Positions 38,200 through 50,439 of a stretch of 64,000 bases of DNA are shown in pieces. The stretch is from contig NC_058368.1 in assembly GCF_018350175.1 (NCBI RefSeq), positions 154,382,001-154,446,000 on the forward strand, written 5' to 3'. The stretch's first letter is position 1. Every line of letters starts with the position of its first letter. The position numbers and the translations under genes were made by a program. The stretch comes from Felis catus. Lineage: Eukaryota. The notes beneath the pieces were generated by a model that was not told the origin of the DNA, ran no database searches, and saw only the letters and a program-made list of their open reading frames with translations.

Positions 38200-38978
38200 A
38201 CTGGCCCTCTCTCAATTCACTAACTCCATTTCATATGATTTCATTACTCCACTCTTTTCCTCAACCCCATTAATATATTTTTGAATTCTTTCTTCTCTTT
38301 CCACAACATCCCCTCTCATCCACACTTCACATTCCTATATCTATCTGTGGACAATGAGTCACTTCACCTCTTCTTGCCAGTATTACCTCAGCATATAAAA
38401 ACATGATTTGCATAATAGCCAAAGTTGAACCCATATCATCTGGAGGATCTATTCATACAGTTTGTTACCAACTTATCTTGAATCTTCCCAGACCATTCCT
38501 CTGACATCAGTCTTACCTTCCATAAAGAAGTAACCAAAGTAGGTGTTCCTTGCTTCCCACTCCACCAACCTTCTATTTCTGTGTTTTGGGGTTTTCGGAG
38601 TCCTATTCTCTTGGTAAGGCATTAGTTGATAAAATCAAACTATCAAATTAGTTGATAAAATGGGAATCTCTCTAGGATACACTTTAAGATACATTAGGAT
38701 ATTCACACCTCTGTGATTTACTTCTCTCACACTATTCTCAATCTTCCCTTAATTGCCTCCTCATCCTTGCATGTATCTTACTTGTCTTCAGAAATACACT
38801 GTTGTCTCATATCCTTACCTTCTCCCATTTTGTGTACGTATATATTTACTGTAAGGCAAGAATAAGTCTTATTTGGGTTTCTTCATTACCAGCCTTTTTT
38901 TTCTCTGTATCCTGGAATTCCTCGCACGGAGACAGGGACAAAGTAGCACTCAGTAAATGTGAGTTGAATTGATTGAGA
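38200..38978 (+). mobile_element. Diverged L2 fragment(s)
   Basis: Pyrimidine-rich body ending GTAGCACTCAGTAAATGTGAGTTGAATTGATTGA (L2 tail); 5' boundary uncertain. Confidence 0.5.
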
Positions 38979-39273
38979 ATGACTAAGTGCTCTGAGGTGG
39001 ACCAGGTAAGAAAGTATTTACCTGGGAAAGTAACTTGATGGATAATTGGATGACTGAAAAGGAAAGAATAAGTGAAAGACAGCAGGGGAGACTGAGAAAA
39101 GGGAAGTGAGCATTATTAGGAAGAGAAAAAGACTAATGGACATTAAGAAAGGAGAGGTTCTCTGAAAGAAAGTCAGTATTTCCCAGAAGATGATGTAGCA
39201 TTAGACAATCCACGTAACTCTTTTTGTTTCTGTTTCTAAAAGTGGACATCTTCTTCCAGCATATTATTTAAAA

Positions 39274-39486
39274 ATTTTTTAATGTTTATTTATTTTTGAG
39301 AGAGAGAGAGAGAGAGAGAGAGCACGTGTAGGGAAGAGTCAGAGAGAGAGGGAGACTCAGAATCCAAAGCAGATTCCAGGCTCCAGCTGACAGCACAGAG
39401 CCAATGTGGGACTCAGACTCAGGAAACACGAGATCATGACCTGAGCTAAGTCGGACGCTTAACCGATTGAGCCACCCAGGTGCCCC
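39274..39486 (-). mobile_element. Can-SINE
   Basis: Canonical body; TSD CAGCATATTATTT / CAGCCTATTATTT. Confidence 0.94.
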
Positions 39487-39725
39487 TCAGCCTATTATTT
39501 TAAAAGTCTTTAATTATTATGTGCCATGTTCAATAAATGATAATAAAAATGTGTGAATGAAAATTCCTTATAAACTAAAGGCCAATTGGATTTTTTAAAT
39601 GTGAACGTATTATTATCTCTTTCAAGAAAGAAAATTAAATTAAAATAGGATTTTTTTTGTACAAATTGAAGTAAATTTCTGAACACCTGTAAATGTCACT
39701 ACATAATGGAGATGTTCATTTTTAT

Positions 39726-39955
39726 TTTTTATTTTTTTTTAATTTTTTTTCAACGTTTTTATTTATTTTTGGGACAGAGAGAGACAGAGCATGAACGGGG
39801 GAGGGGCAGAGAGAGAGGGAGACACAGAATCGGAAACAGGCTCCAGGCTCTGAGCCATCAGCCCAGAGCCCGACGCGGGGCTCGAACTCACGGACCGCGA
39901 GATCGTGACCTGGCTGAAGTCGGACGCTTAACCGACTACGCCACCCAGGCGCCCC
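39726..39955 (-). mobile_element. Very young SINEC_Fc-type SINE
   Basis: Reverse complement GGGGCGCCTGGGTGGCGTAGTCGGTTAAGCGTCCGACTTCAGCCAGGTCACGATCTCGCGGTCCGTGAGTTCGAGCCCCGCGTCGGG with CpGs intact; perfect flank repeat TGGAGATGTTCATTTTTAT at 39707 and 39956. Confidence 0.97.
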
Positions 39956-40714
39956 TGGAGATGTTCATTTTTATAAAGTTTTTATAATTATAAAGAGAAA
40001 GATGGACAAAACACATGCACACAAATACACATACACACTCGTACGTTATATAGATAGAAGACTTCAACATGGAACTTTGTAAGTCTGAAACTCCACTCAA
40101 TTACATGTTATAATTACAGAAAAAGACACAAGTAAAAATACTAGGCTAAACTAGTTCTTTGAATAAGGGTATATTTGAAGCATTATAACAGTAATGAAGT
40201 ATGTTAAGAATGAATAATAGAAAATAATTGGAAGTATTTTCTTAGTAAACACTTTGTACATCAGTTTATTTAAAAAATCTTCACTCATGTTATTTATGAA
40301 TCAAGATCTTTGTTCACAGTTACTGATATATTATGATTATTAGGTTACATAGTATCTATTTTGAGCCCACTTTTGGATAGGTGTTTTCTTGAAGTTTAAA
40401 ATGGAATTAATATGACTAACATCTGAGTAATATGTCACGTTAAATTCTTTTTTACTAAAGTCTCATTATAGAAATAAAAACAAAAACACAGATATATCAC
40501 TCTACCAATAAATTAAATTGACCTAAGTATCTCCTTACTTTTTGTTTTACTTGATGAACTTTTAAAAACAATTTTATGTGAAAAAATAAAACAAAAAATC
40601 TCATTTTATGTGATTAAAATTATATACGATTCTGCCTTTTGTCCCATATACAATATTATAAGGCAGCTGATATTATTTCAATTTAACTACTATTTTGGAA
40701 TTATTATAGGATTC

Positions 40715-41250
40715 AGGGATTCCACTCCTATGTATATACCCAAGAGAAATGAAAACATATGTTCATACAAAAGTGTAATGAATGTTGATAGCAGAATGAT
40801 TCGTAATAGTCAAAAATACAAACAACAGAAACTTGAATCAGCTGTTAAATGGATAATATAATGTGTTACACCCACGCAAAAGAATATTATTTGACATAAA
40901 AAGGATTGAAACACTGATATATGCTGTATCTTGAATTAACCTTGAAAATATCATGCTTAATGAAAAAAAGCCAAGAACAAAAGGTCAAATGGGATTCCAT
41001 TATATGAAGTGTCCAGAAGAAGCAAATACACAGAAACAAAATGTAGATGAGTCATTGTCAGAGAAGAGAGGGAGATAATGGACAGTGGCTGCAAAGGGTG
41101 TGGGATTTCTTTTTATGGTGACAACAGATTCTAAAATTATATAGTGGTAACAGTTGTACAACATTTTGAGTACATGAAAACTATGGAATTGTACACTTCA
41201 TAATGGTGAATTTTTAGGGTGTCCAAATTATAACTCAAACTAAAAAAAAA
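40715..41250 (+). mobile_element. Old L1 (L1MB/ME-like) 3'-end fragment
   Basis: ATTCCACTCCTATGTATATACCCAAGAGAAATGAAAACATATGTTCA...AACCTTGAAAATATCATGCT...ATGGTGAATTTT, then A-tail. Confidence 0.8.
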
Positions 41251-41499
41251 AAACAAAAACTAATGACAGTAATATTTGTTTAGTTTCATTGTTTAAATTT
41301 GGTAAAGTTTGCAATTTTTTCCTAGTTTGGAGATTTCTTAAATTCAAGAGATTAATTTTATCATTCACAACATGATGTGTTAATATTTTATAAACTATTG
41401 CTTATATACCTTTTATTATAGTATACAAGCAAGCGGGGTCATTTCTCTCTTATGAAATGGTAGTTAATGGTATCAAAAGATCTTAAACATGAGATTTCT

Positions 41500-41712
41500 G
41501 GGGCGCCTGTGTGGCTCAGTCGGTTGAACCGCCGACCGGCTCAGGTCATGATCTCACGGTTCATGGGTTCAAGCCCCGCGTCGGACTCTGTTCTGACAGC
41601 TCAGAGCCCAGAGCCTGCTTTGGATTCTGTGTCTCCCTCTCTCTCTGCCCCTCCCCTGCTTGGTCTTTGTCTCTGACTCAAAAATAAACATTAAACAAAA
41701 TTTAAAAAAAAA
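41500..41712 (+). mobile_element. Can-SINE
   Basis: GGGGCGCCTGTGTGGCTCAGTCGG; TSD ATGAGATTTCT / ATGAGTTTTCT. Confidence 0.94.
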
Positions 41713-43544
41713 ATGAGTTTTCTATATGCACCACCAAAAAAGGAAAAACATTAGATATTATCTGAATTTGCAAATGAGAAGTATAATTTCTAGGATATTG
41801 TACCAATAAAAAAATAAAGGATTATAATATCAATAGCTTGGAATAGAAAAATAAGAAGTGACAACTGATAAAGCTTCTACCTAAATTTATCATTTTGATA
41901 TTTTCTATACTTTTGTGGAAAAGAAACCATATTTACTTCTAAGAGTCTGACATGGAGATGATTGATAAATTTTACAAATAGGCTACTAATAAGAAGTAAT
42001 GACATGAGGAGTCCACACTGCAAATCTGATAAATTTAATACCTGCCTGTATAGTTTTCCACAAATTTTACCTACAAACATCCATCCACTGGCATCCTCAA
42101 GTTCAAAGGGCCTGATATACTACAAAGGACCGGATGTACCATAAAAGTACAAAAAAAAAATCAAAAGAGGAAAATTCTAGAAGACCTACATTTTTAACTT
42201 GAAGATGGCAACCAAAGAGAATAATATAAGGTAACAAAACCCAATGTGGAGTATAGGTCTCAATTTGAAACTTCATTTTCCTGGTAATTATTAATCACTT
42301 CTTAGGAATGTCTAAATGCCTAAAGTATTGCCACAAGTTTCTGGCCCCCGTGAAAAAATTCCAGCCAGGTTTGTCTTTCAGCAGGTATCTAAAGACTCAA
42401 ATGAATCCAGGAATCATGAAGGATGAAGCCCTGGAGACTGTGGAAAGGTAAGGACTGTGGTAAACCCTCAAGTACACACCCACCCCCCCCCCCAAAAAAA
42501 ATCTGCATGGATAATACACAAGATAGCTGTCTATTTTGCACATGAGCTAAAAAAAAAAAAAAAAAAAAAAAAAAGGAAGGAGTTGGGTGCAAAGAGAGCA
42601 GTAAGAAAGAGGAAGACAATGTAATTTAAGTATAAAGAGAGAAGTGGTGAAGATAAATGGTATAAAATTGAAAAAAGATTCCTGTAACGTAATGTGCCTA
42701 CTGTTTTAAAATAAAGCTTGAGTCCTATTGAGATATGTCTAGCATTTACAATTATTTAATTAATTATATTGTTTCAAGGGATAGTTTAAATGAATTGCTA
42801 TTAAACCCAGTTATTTAAAAAATTAAGAAAAAAATGACTTACTCTTCTTTTGTGTGTTAAAAATCTGAAGGTGATTTTAATACTCCACATTTTTAGGTTT
42901 GAGCCAGCAGCCAGCAGTTGAAATTGACATGTGAGAGTTCTTCTAAGTCCCAGATGCTAGCTGCCAACTGCCTTTTTGTTCTTGTTTCCTTGGAAACGGA
43001 GGTTGGTTTTATGAAAACAAGGTAAGTACAACTTTTACAGGAGAGAAATGGAACACTCCTTTGTCAGCTTGCTGGCTGAGACCTGTAAGTGCAGCTTTCC
43101 AGAAAACACTGAAGTTGGAAGCCAGTGGAGACATACAGGAGCGCATGGCAAAACATCAGTACATGTGTTCTTCCTGTTTAAATGTCATGTGAGAAAATGA
43201 CCCAATAAAATATTCAAAATTATCAAAATGATAACAATCAAAACTTTATCAAGTCAGAAACATTTGGGCCTAGGGTAAAAAACAGGAGATACAGCACCTC
43301 CAACAATGAGATGCTTTTAAATCTTCAATAGACGATCGAGTGATACTCTGGGTCTACAGTATGTCAGATAGGACATACTTCTTATTGGCAAGAGTAACTC
43401 ACCCTGCAGTTATTTTGTGGCACAGGGTGGAGGGGTGCAGGTCAGAAGGAGAGGAAGTAAAAACAGACGCTTTACTCCCAGAAGCATTTAGCAGAAGTTC
43501 TTCAAGTGATTCTGGTTTGACTCATCCCCTCTGCCTTTAAATAT

Positions 43545-43690
43545 CACTCATCTGATCCAACCATCGAATTTTGGGAAAAGGACACCAAGGTATACAGAAA
43601 GAAAGTCATTTGTACAAAACCTGAAGTCTAGCTACGGGCAAGTCAGGTAGAGAACTTAGCTCTTTCCCTGCTTCAAACACATTTCCATTT
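43545..43690 (-). mobile_element. MIR fragment
   Basis: TCATCTGATCCAACC...AAAGTCATTTG...AGAGAACTTAGCTCT resembles a reverse MIR. Confidence 0.45.
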
Positions 43691-43869
43691 TATACAGTTT
43701 TACAGATTGCTGCCATTGTAATGATGGCAAAATTCTCTTGATCATTTTATTTTTCTTTAAGTATGGTCAAGTGAGTGTAAAGAAATTAACCATGGTATGT
43801 AATAACCCTTCATAAAACGTAAGGACTTAAACTGTTACCCATTGAATGTCAATAATTACTCTTTTTTTT

Positions 43870-44088
43870 AAGTTAGTTTTTAGTGTTAATTTATTTTTGA
43901 GAAAAAAGGGGGAGACAGAGTGCGAGCAGGGGAGGGGCAGAGAGAGAGAGGGAGACACAGAAATCCAAAGCAAGTCCAGGCTCCAAGCTGTCAGCACAGA
44001 GCCCAACATGGGGCTCGAACTCACGAACTGTGAAATCATGACCTGATCAGCAGTCAGACGCATAACTGACAAGCCACTTAGGTGCCCC
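43870..44088 (-). mobile_element. Can-SINE
   Basis: Canonical body; TSD AATAATTACTCTTTTTT / AACAATTACTCTTTTTT. Confidence 0.94.
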
Positions 44089-46482
44089 AACAATTACTCT
44101 TTTTTAATACCATAGTTGACTTATTCATGTTACATAATAAGCTAAAATTTAGGAGAGGATAAAATTTCATTTTTAAAAATTTTAATTTAATCAGAGGTAA
44201 GATTTTGTTTTGATGTAGTTTCAACAACAGGATTTATTTAGGAAAAAAAATCACTTTCTAAGAGCTGAACCATATTGTGTAGAGATTCTTTGTATCCCTG
44301 ACATGGATTGCTGGCCAAAACAAAGGCTCTTAAAAGCCCATGACTACATCTGTTACCTGTTTAGGTGCCTTAAAAATAAATTTACATTTTAAAAATTGGA
44401 ATTCCTTTGCCTCTATCACAGTAATGACTTGGTAAGTTGTTGGTGTTATCTGATATTTTAAGAAAAAGCGTCTCTTTAAAATCATGATAAAACGCAAGAC
44501 TTAAGCTAATTTCTATTTCAGTGAATCAAAGCACAGTGATTAAACACAAGGTTCCTTCAATGATGTTCTATCACAGCCTTCATGTTTCCCGTCACACTAC
44601 ATATGGTCCCATTGTTTACAGATTACAAAAAAAAATCCCTGCTCAGATGTTAAAACAAGATGTTTTCTTCACTTTCAAATGGCAGGCTGACTGCCAAATT
44701 TTACAATTAGTTATTCTGTGTAAAGAAAAAAAAATAAGTTTAATTATCACAATTTCTTATGTTTGGACATTACTCTGATGGGCTATCAACCTGAGGACTG
44801 ACAGAAGTGAACTCTGGTCCGTGATATGGGGAAAGGCTCTTGGGAAGACAGTTTTTCCTAGGGAAAAGGAATCACAAAATAAGGAGGGCAATGCATCCTC
44901 GCCAGAAATAGGTATCGCAGCATCAAGGAAAACCAGCCACCTGCCAGTGACAATGTTTCCCTATGGCACCGTCTGGCAGACAGAATTTCACAGTGTTAAA
45001 TAATAGTGTGGCACACACCTAGCGATGGGTCACTGATTCTTTAAAAAGGCTTGCCAATGGTGGTAGAATGATTATGGCACGGCAACACACTGGCGGTAAA
45101 AGGACTTGCATTTAGATGCTAAATTTCTGGTTATTGCATGAGCTCAAAGATGACGTTCTCATTCCTTAAAAGAATTGTTTGGATCCACATTAAGTTGCAA
45201 TAATACTGTTAATCGGCAGGTGAAGAAAATAGATTAGTGAACTTGTATAATGAGAATTCTGTGTATTATGTATTTTATTGTTCATACTCCCTCAAGCTGC
45301 CAGAATGCCTAGATGTGCATATAATAGTTGACTTAAAAAATTACTCTTGGTACTATTGGATAAATAATACATCCAGAGTAGTAAGATGTGACCCCAGGAT
45401 CAAGGATCATAGCAGGTGGACTTAGGGGAAAGAGGTATGATATAAGTCAAATTATTTTACTCCATTTTGGCTGGCTTTCAATAGATTCTGTATTAAGAAT
45501 CAGAGTTTTAACAATGACTTGAGGCAATGATAAGGAATATGGGTTTCAAGAAGAGTTATGCTAATGTGGCATCTAGTGATGCTTCCTTCACGTCTTCTGC
45601 TGTCTCTGTTTATAGATAAAAAGTGGAAAGTAACTGGATGCAACCTTCCCAAGCTTTGTTCAAACCTTGATGATTTTGCATGTCATTCAAAGATTTCACC
45701 AATGAATGAAGAACATTTATTAGTTAAAACCTACAATTCAAGGCCTCCTGGCTACTTCTGAGGGCAGGAATCTCATTAAAACTGTGTAAAAACCAATAGT
45801 TGAATGGTTGAAAATGCACATTTGCACCTGTAGAGAGACGAGGGGTCCTTCAAGTTGTGATGGACAGGATCATGGAAGTTGAAACTCTTTCACATGACCT
45901 CTGGTCCCACTCCCAGGAATGATACGGTCAGTCCTACCACGATTCTATAAACGGGCCTTTCTTGATTTATCATTGTTAGACCAAATAAGTTCACCTTCCT
46001 CTAGGTAAAACTGAGGAATTTACCTCAAGCCTGCCACCTCCCCTCTTCTACAGAATAAGATTCTATGGATTTTGTTAATTCTACTATAGTTTTTCCTTTT
46101 GCCAGGGATTTTAAGTTATGTTGAATGAATTTTAATCACTTAGGGATACAGCAGTACCTTCTAATAAAAATCTAAAATATGATAGATAAGACTATTATTT
46201 TCTCTCTTATTTTAATCTGCACACATGATAGAATACTCCTAAGACTGTGGTACAACAATTATAAGAACTTTCTCTGTGGTCACAAGTCTAATACATACGT
46301 CATGTATGTCCACATGATATCATGTGGTATATATCATGGGATGTGATATATACAGCTTACATTTGAAGTGGAGACAAGTCACAGCTAGCATTTACTTTTA
46401 ACAGGCATTTATTTTTAGTGTGTTCCTTAAAATATAGCTGTGATTAAATTTTAACATGTTACTTGAAACTTCTCTACAGGTT

Positions 46483-46697
46483 GGGGTGCCTGGGTGGCTC
46501 AGCCTGTTAAGCTTTCAACTTTGGTTCAGGTCATGATCTGACACTTCACGGGTTCGAGCCCCGTATCAGGCTTTGTGCTGACAGCTTAGTGCCTGGAGCC
46601 TGCTTCGGATTTTGTGTCTCCCTCATTCTCTCTCCCTCCCCTGCTCACTCTATCTCTCTCTCAAAATAAATAAACATCAAAAAAATTAAAAGGAAAC
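46483..46697 (+). mobile_element. Can-SINE
   Basis: Canonical head; flank repeat AACTTCTCTACAGGTTG at 46467 and 46698. Confidence 0.95.
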
Positions 46698-46757
46698 AAC
46701 TTCTCTACAGGTTGAGAATATACAAAATGGAAACTGGTTCAAAATGGAACTGATTCT

Positions 46758-46816
46758 GGGGCATCTGAGTGGCTCAGTCAGTTAAGCATCCAACTTCAGC
46801 TCAGGTCATGATCTCA
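46758..46816 (+). mobile_element. Can-SINE head only (3'-truncated)
   Basis: GGGGCATCTGAGTGGCTCAGTCAGTTAAGCATCCAACTTCAGCTCAGGTCATGATCTCA, then unrelated sequence. Confidence 0.85.
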
Positions 46817-47071
46817 TATATTTTGATCAGATTTCTTGGTCTATACGTTAAGAGAGTAAACCCTGTCCCTGTTATTACATCATAGCAGAAGAAGTCCCTG
46901 ATTTATTTCTGCATTTGTTTTACTTTAAGAAAAAAAAGGAAAGAAACTATATTCACAAAGAATTGTAGTTATAAAAATGATGATTTTAATGACTCACCTG
47001 AAATTTATAGGATTTTCTTAAATGATCAAGAACTTTTACATTATTTCTAGTCGATCAATTGTTTTAGTTAA

Positions 47072-47160
47072 ATCACTAAAATATCTAACTGCTCACATGC
47101 TTTCCTAAAAATATTGAAAAATATCACTAAAATATCTAACTGCTCACATGTTTTCCAAAA
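47072..47160. repeat. Local tandem duplication, period 51 bp
   Basis: ATCACTAAAATATCTAACTGCTCACATG occurs at 47072 and 47123. Confidence 0.9.
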
Positions 47161-47344
47161 TAAGCAAACAAAGTTTATAATACAGTATGTAAATCATAAT
47201 TTGCTCATAATATGGCATATCACTTTTCACTTGCTATTGTACAAATTTTGCTGATTCTATGATGTGAGAATATGCCAAGCTAATCTATCTGGCATTTAAT
47301 TGCTGCTGGTTAATATGTGCAGTAGTAGAATATTTACCTTAAAA

Positions 47345-47376
47345 TTTTATTTTATGTTTTTATTTTTACTTTTGAT

Positions 47377-47471
<95 letters not shown>

Positions 47472-47612
47472 GAAAGAAAGAGTATGAGCATGAGAGCATG
47501 ATGAGAGCTGTCAGCACAGAGCCGGACAGGGGGCTCAATCTCAGGAACTGTGAGATCATGACCTACGATGATCTCAAGATTTGGACACTCAAGTGACTAA
47601 ACCGCCCAGGAG
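47345..47612 (-). mobile_element. Can-SINE with expanded (GA)n(GAAA)n and an internal deletion
   Basis: GCTGTCAGCACAGAGCC...GAGATCATGACC; microsatellite at about 47380-47480. Confidence 0.88.
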
Positions 47613-47885
47613 TCGCTACTTTTAAATTATTAATGAGTGATATGCATACATCTGAATTAAGAAATGAAAGATGGAGGAAGAGGAGAAGGAAGAGAGAAAG
47701 GAGGATTTGTTGGAAAATAAGGTAGAATATTGACAAAATTAAAAGTTCAGAGTGCAAAATTCTCAATCAGTAGTGAATAAGGGCTTCAAATGTATCCTTA
47801 AAGTAGCTAAGGAGGTTTATCCAGAGTTCCGAATTATATTTGCAACACAGTTGCAACCTTAAAGATATTCAATAGCTTTTCTACC

Positions 47886-47908
47886 TTTTTTAAATGTTTA
47901 TTTATTTT

Positions 47909-47975
<67 letters not shown>

Positions 47976-48142
47976 GTGAGGGAGACACAGGGAGAGAGGG
48001 AGACACACAATCTGAAGCAGGCTCCAGACTGAGCTGTCAGCACAAAACCCCACGCGGGCTCGAACTCACAAACCATGAGATCTGTGAGATCATGACCTGA
48101 GCTGAAGTCGGACGCTTAACAACTGAGCCACCCAGGTACCCC
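47886..48142 (-). mobile_element. Can-SINE with long (GA)n
   Basis: Canonical body; (GA)n at about 47912-47968; degenerate TSD CAATAGCTTTTCTAC / CAATAATTTTTCTAC. Confidence 0.94.
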
Positions 48143-49566
48143 AATAATTTTTCTACTTAGATATTTTTATTGATATTATTCTAATAGTTAAAAAATCTAC
48201 AAACACAAAAAAATTCAACTCAAAAAGAATTTGAAAATGGTTAGTATAGTACAGAAGGGTCATAGAAAGAAGCAGTAAAAAATTAGAAGAAAAAGATGAG
48301 CCATCATCTGGTCCTGGAAGACCAGGATGGGAAGTTTAGACTTTATTCTCTAAGGCAGTGATCTTTAAAAAATGAGGTATGTCCCATTTGTAAATGAGGA
48401 ATCAGTGAATAAGCAAATATAAGAACAGACTTTTTAAAATGTCTATTTTCCTAAACATAAAAATAATATGATAGACAAAACTTGCAATATAGTGCACACA
48501 TCCAGCAGCTATATGTGTATAATTTGGAAGTAAATATACATATGGATGTATGTTCAATTTTTTTTTTTTCTAGCCACAAATGCATGATTAAAAACTCCGG
48601 AGGTGGTTGTTCTAAGCAAATGGAGCAGAGGAGATTGAAACTTCTTGAGCAACGAAGTAACAGGATCAAAGCAGTGATTTATGAAGACTATTCCAGTGTC
48701 TATGTATAGAATTGTCCCAAGTATCACTACCCAAGAAAACAGAAATGGTTCAATCTTTGGGAGTCATTTTTCAACACACCCAGATTGTTAGAACCTCTCT
48801 CCCCTTCACTGCTGTAAAAGGATGATTTCATACAAAGTGGATATGTGGGATCATTTTAAAGAGTAAAACTTTGGAATATTATTTCATTAGTACAAAATTC
48901 ATTAGTACAAAAGAATAGACATTTTCTCCCTTTATGCAGGCATTGGAATTCAGGCCCTGAGAACTGCAGAGTGTAATCACGCATTGGCCTGTGCAGTAAA
49001 CCACTCACTACTTCTTGTGCTTCATCTTGGTTGGGGAAAGGAGTGGCAGTATTCTCCCATTGCCTGAGAAGGCTGCCTAAGGGCATGGTTTTATACAAAT
49101 TTAGCCAGCTTTCCCTTTTGGAAGGAGGTCCAGCCTCCTTTAGGTCACTATACGGTCTAAGCTAGTATCTGGGCAAAAGAAAGAGTTGTGTGGGTGTGTG
49201 TGAATTAAAGTTTCTTTGGCAAAGGAGAGGAGAAGAGCCTGGTATTTAATCTTAACAATGAGCAAGCTTGAGAATATCTTTAAAAATCAAGAACAGGTTA
49301 CACAGGGAGTAAATTGGTATTTTAACGCTGCTAAAAGGCATGAATGCAAATACAAAGAGCACAAATGAAAATTATCTGCTGTCTTTTAGATGCTGGCTCC
49401 AAATAAGATATCCTATTTTAGGACTATAATATAAAATTAACAATGATGAAATGTGTACTGTCATTTAGGTTTAAATATGTATGTATTACTTGAAGAACTC
49501 TGAAAAAGTTTCATTAAAAATAAGAATTAAAAATGTATATAAGACAAATGGTTCTCACTCTCTGGA

Positions 49567-49735
49567 CCTGTGCTACTCAATAGAGTGACCACTAGCCATA
49601 GGTGGCTATTTAAAATTTATATGAAGTAAAATGACATAAAATTAGAAATTTAGTTTTTCCAGAACACCAGCCATATTTCAAGTGTGGTCAGGTGCTACAG
49701 TTTTAGATTGCTCCTCATCACAGCATTGGGATAGG
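49567..49735 (-). mobile_element. MER3-like hAT transposon fossil
   Basis: CTGTGCTACTCAATAG...CCACTAGCCATAGGTGGCTATTTAAA...AGCCATATTTCAAGTG. Confidence 0.75.
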
Positions 49736-50439
49736 CTAATTTCTCTATCTAAAATAAATCCAAATAACTTAAGAAATTATAACAAAATAGTTAAAATATT
49801 ATTACTATTTGCATTTGCGTGTAGTGTACAAAACATGGTAACTACTTAATTTTCAAAAAAGACTACTGAAATCCTTTTTATCTTAGAGATGCTGAAATGA
49901 CACCATTTTGATAGACGTTTCACCTGACAATTGAGCTGTAGATAGTAACAACTTCGTGTCATCCCCATGATTAATTCACAACGCACCCTACTTGCAATAA
50001 TGGAATCGCTACAATGCTCTGTTATCATTCCCTCAATTAAACATGGGAAAATACATGGCACAAGTATAAAAATTAATATTCATTTGGCAATCTATCAAAT
50101 GAGCTCACATTCATTTTGAATTTCTCAATTACGACTGTAAACCCTTGCCTTATTCAGACGCATATTAACAGAATTTTTCAAACAGAAGTATAAAGTGAAT
50201 CTTTTAAAACCTATCTGTAGTAACTTTGATAAGTAATCATTATAATTAGTGCTTTTGGTGGAGATTTTATTAAAAGAGTTCAGTTTGCTTCTGATTAAAA
50301 AGTCTGTCTAAAATAGTTCATATTAATCAAAGTTTAAACATAAGAAATCTAACTTAGGACCAAAAAGAACACAATTTGATTTAGCAGAGATATTGAGTGA
50401 TTTGGCCTAATGGACTTTAGGTATTATCTTACTATGTAT

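Noticed and set aside
39002..39025. CCAGGTAA...TTACCTGG hairpin with donor-like motifs on both strands
   Set aside because: An 8-bp stem is expected by chance in 64 kb; no associated acceptor or exon.
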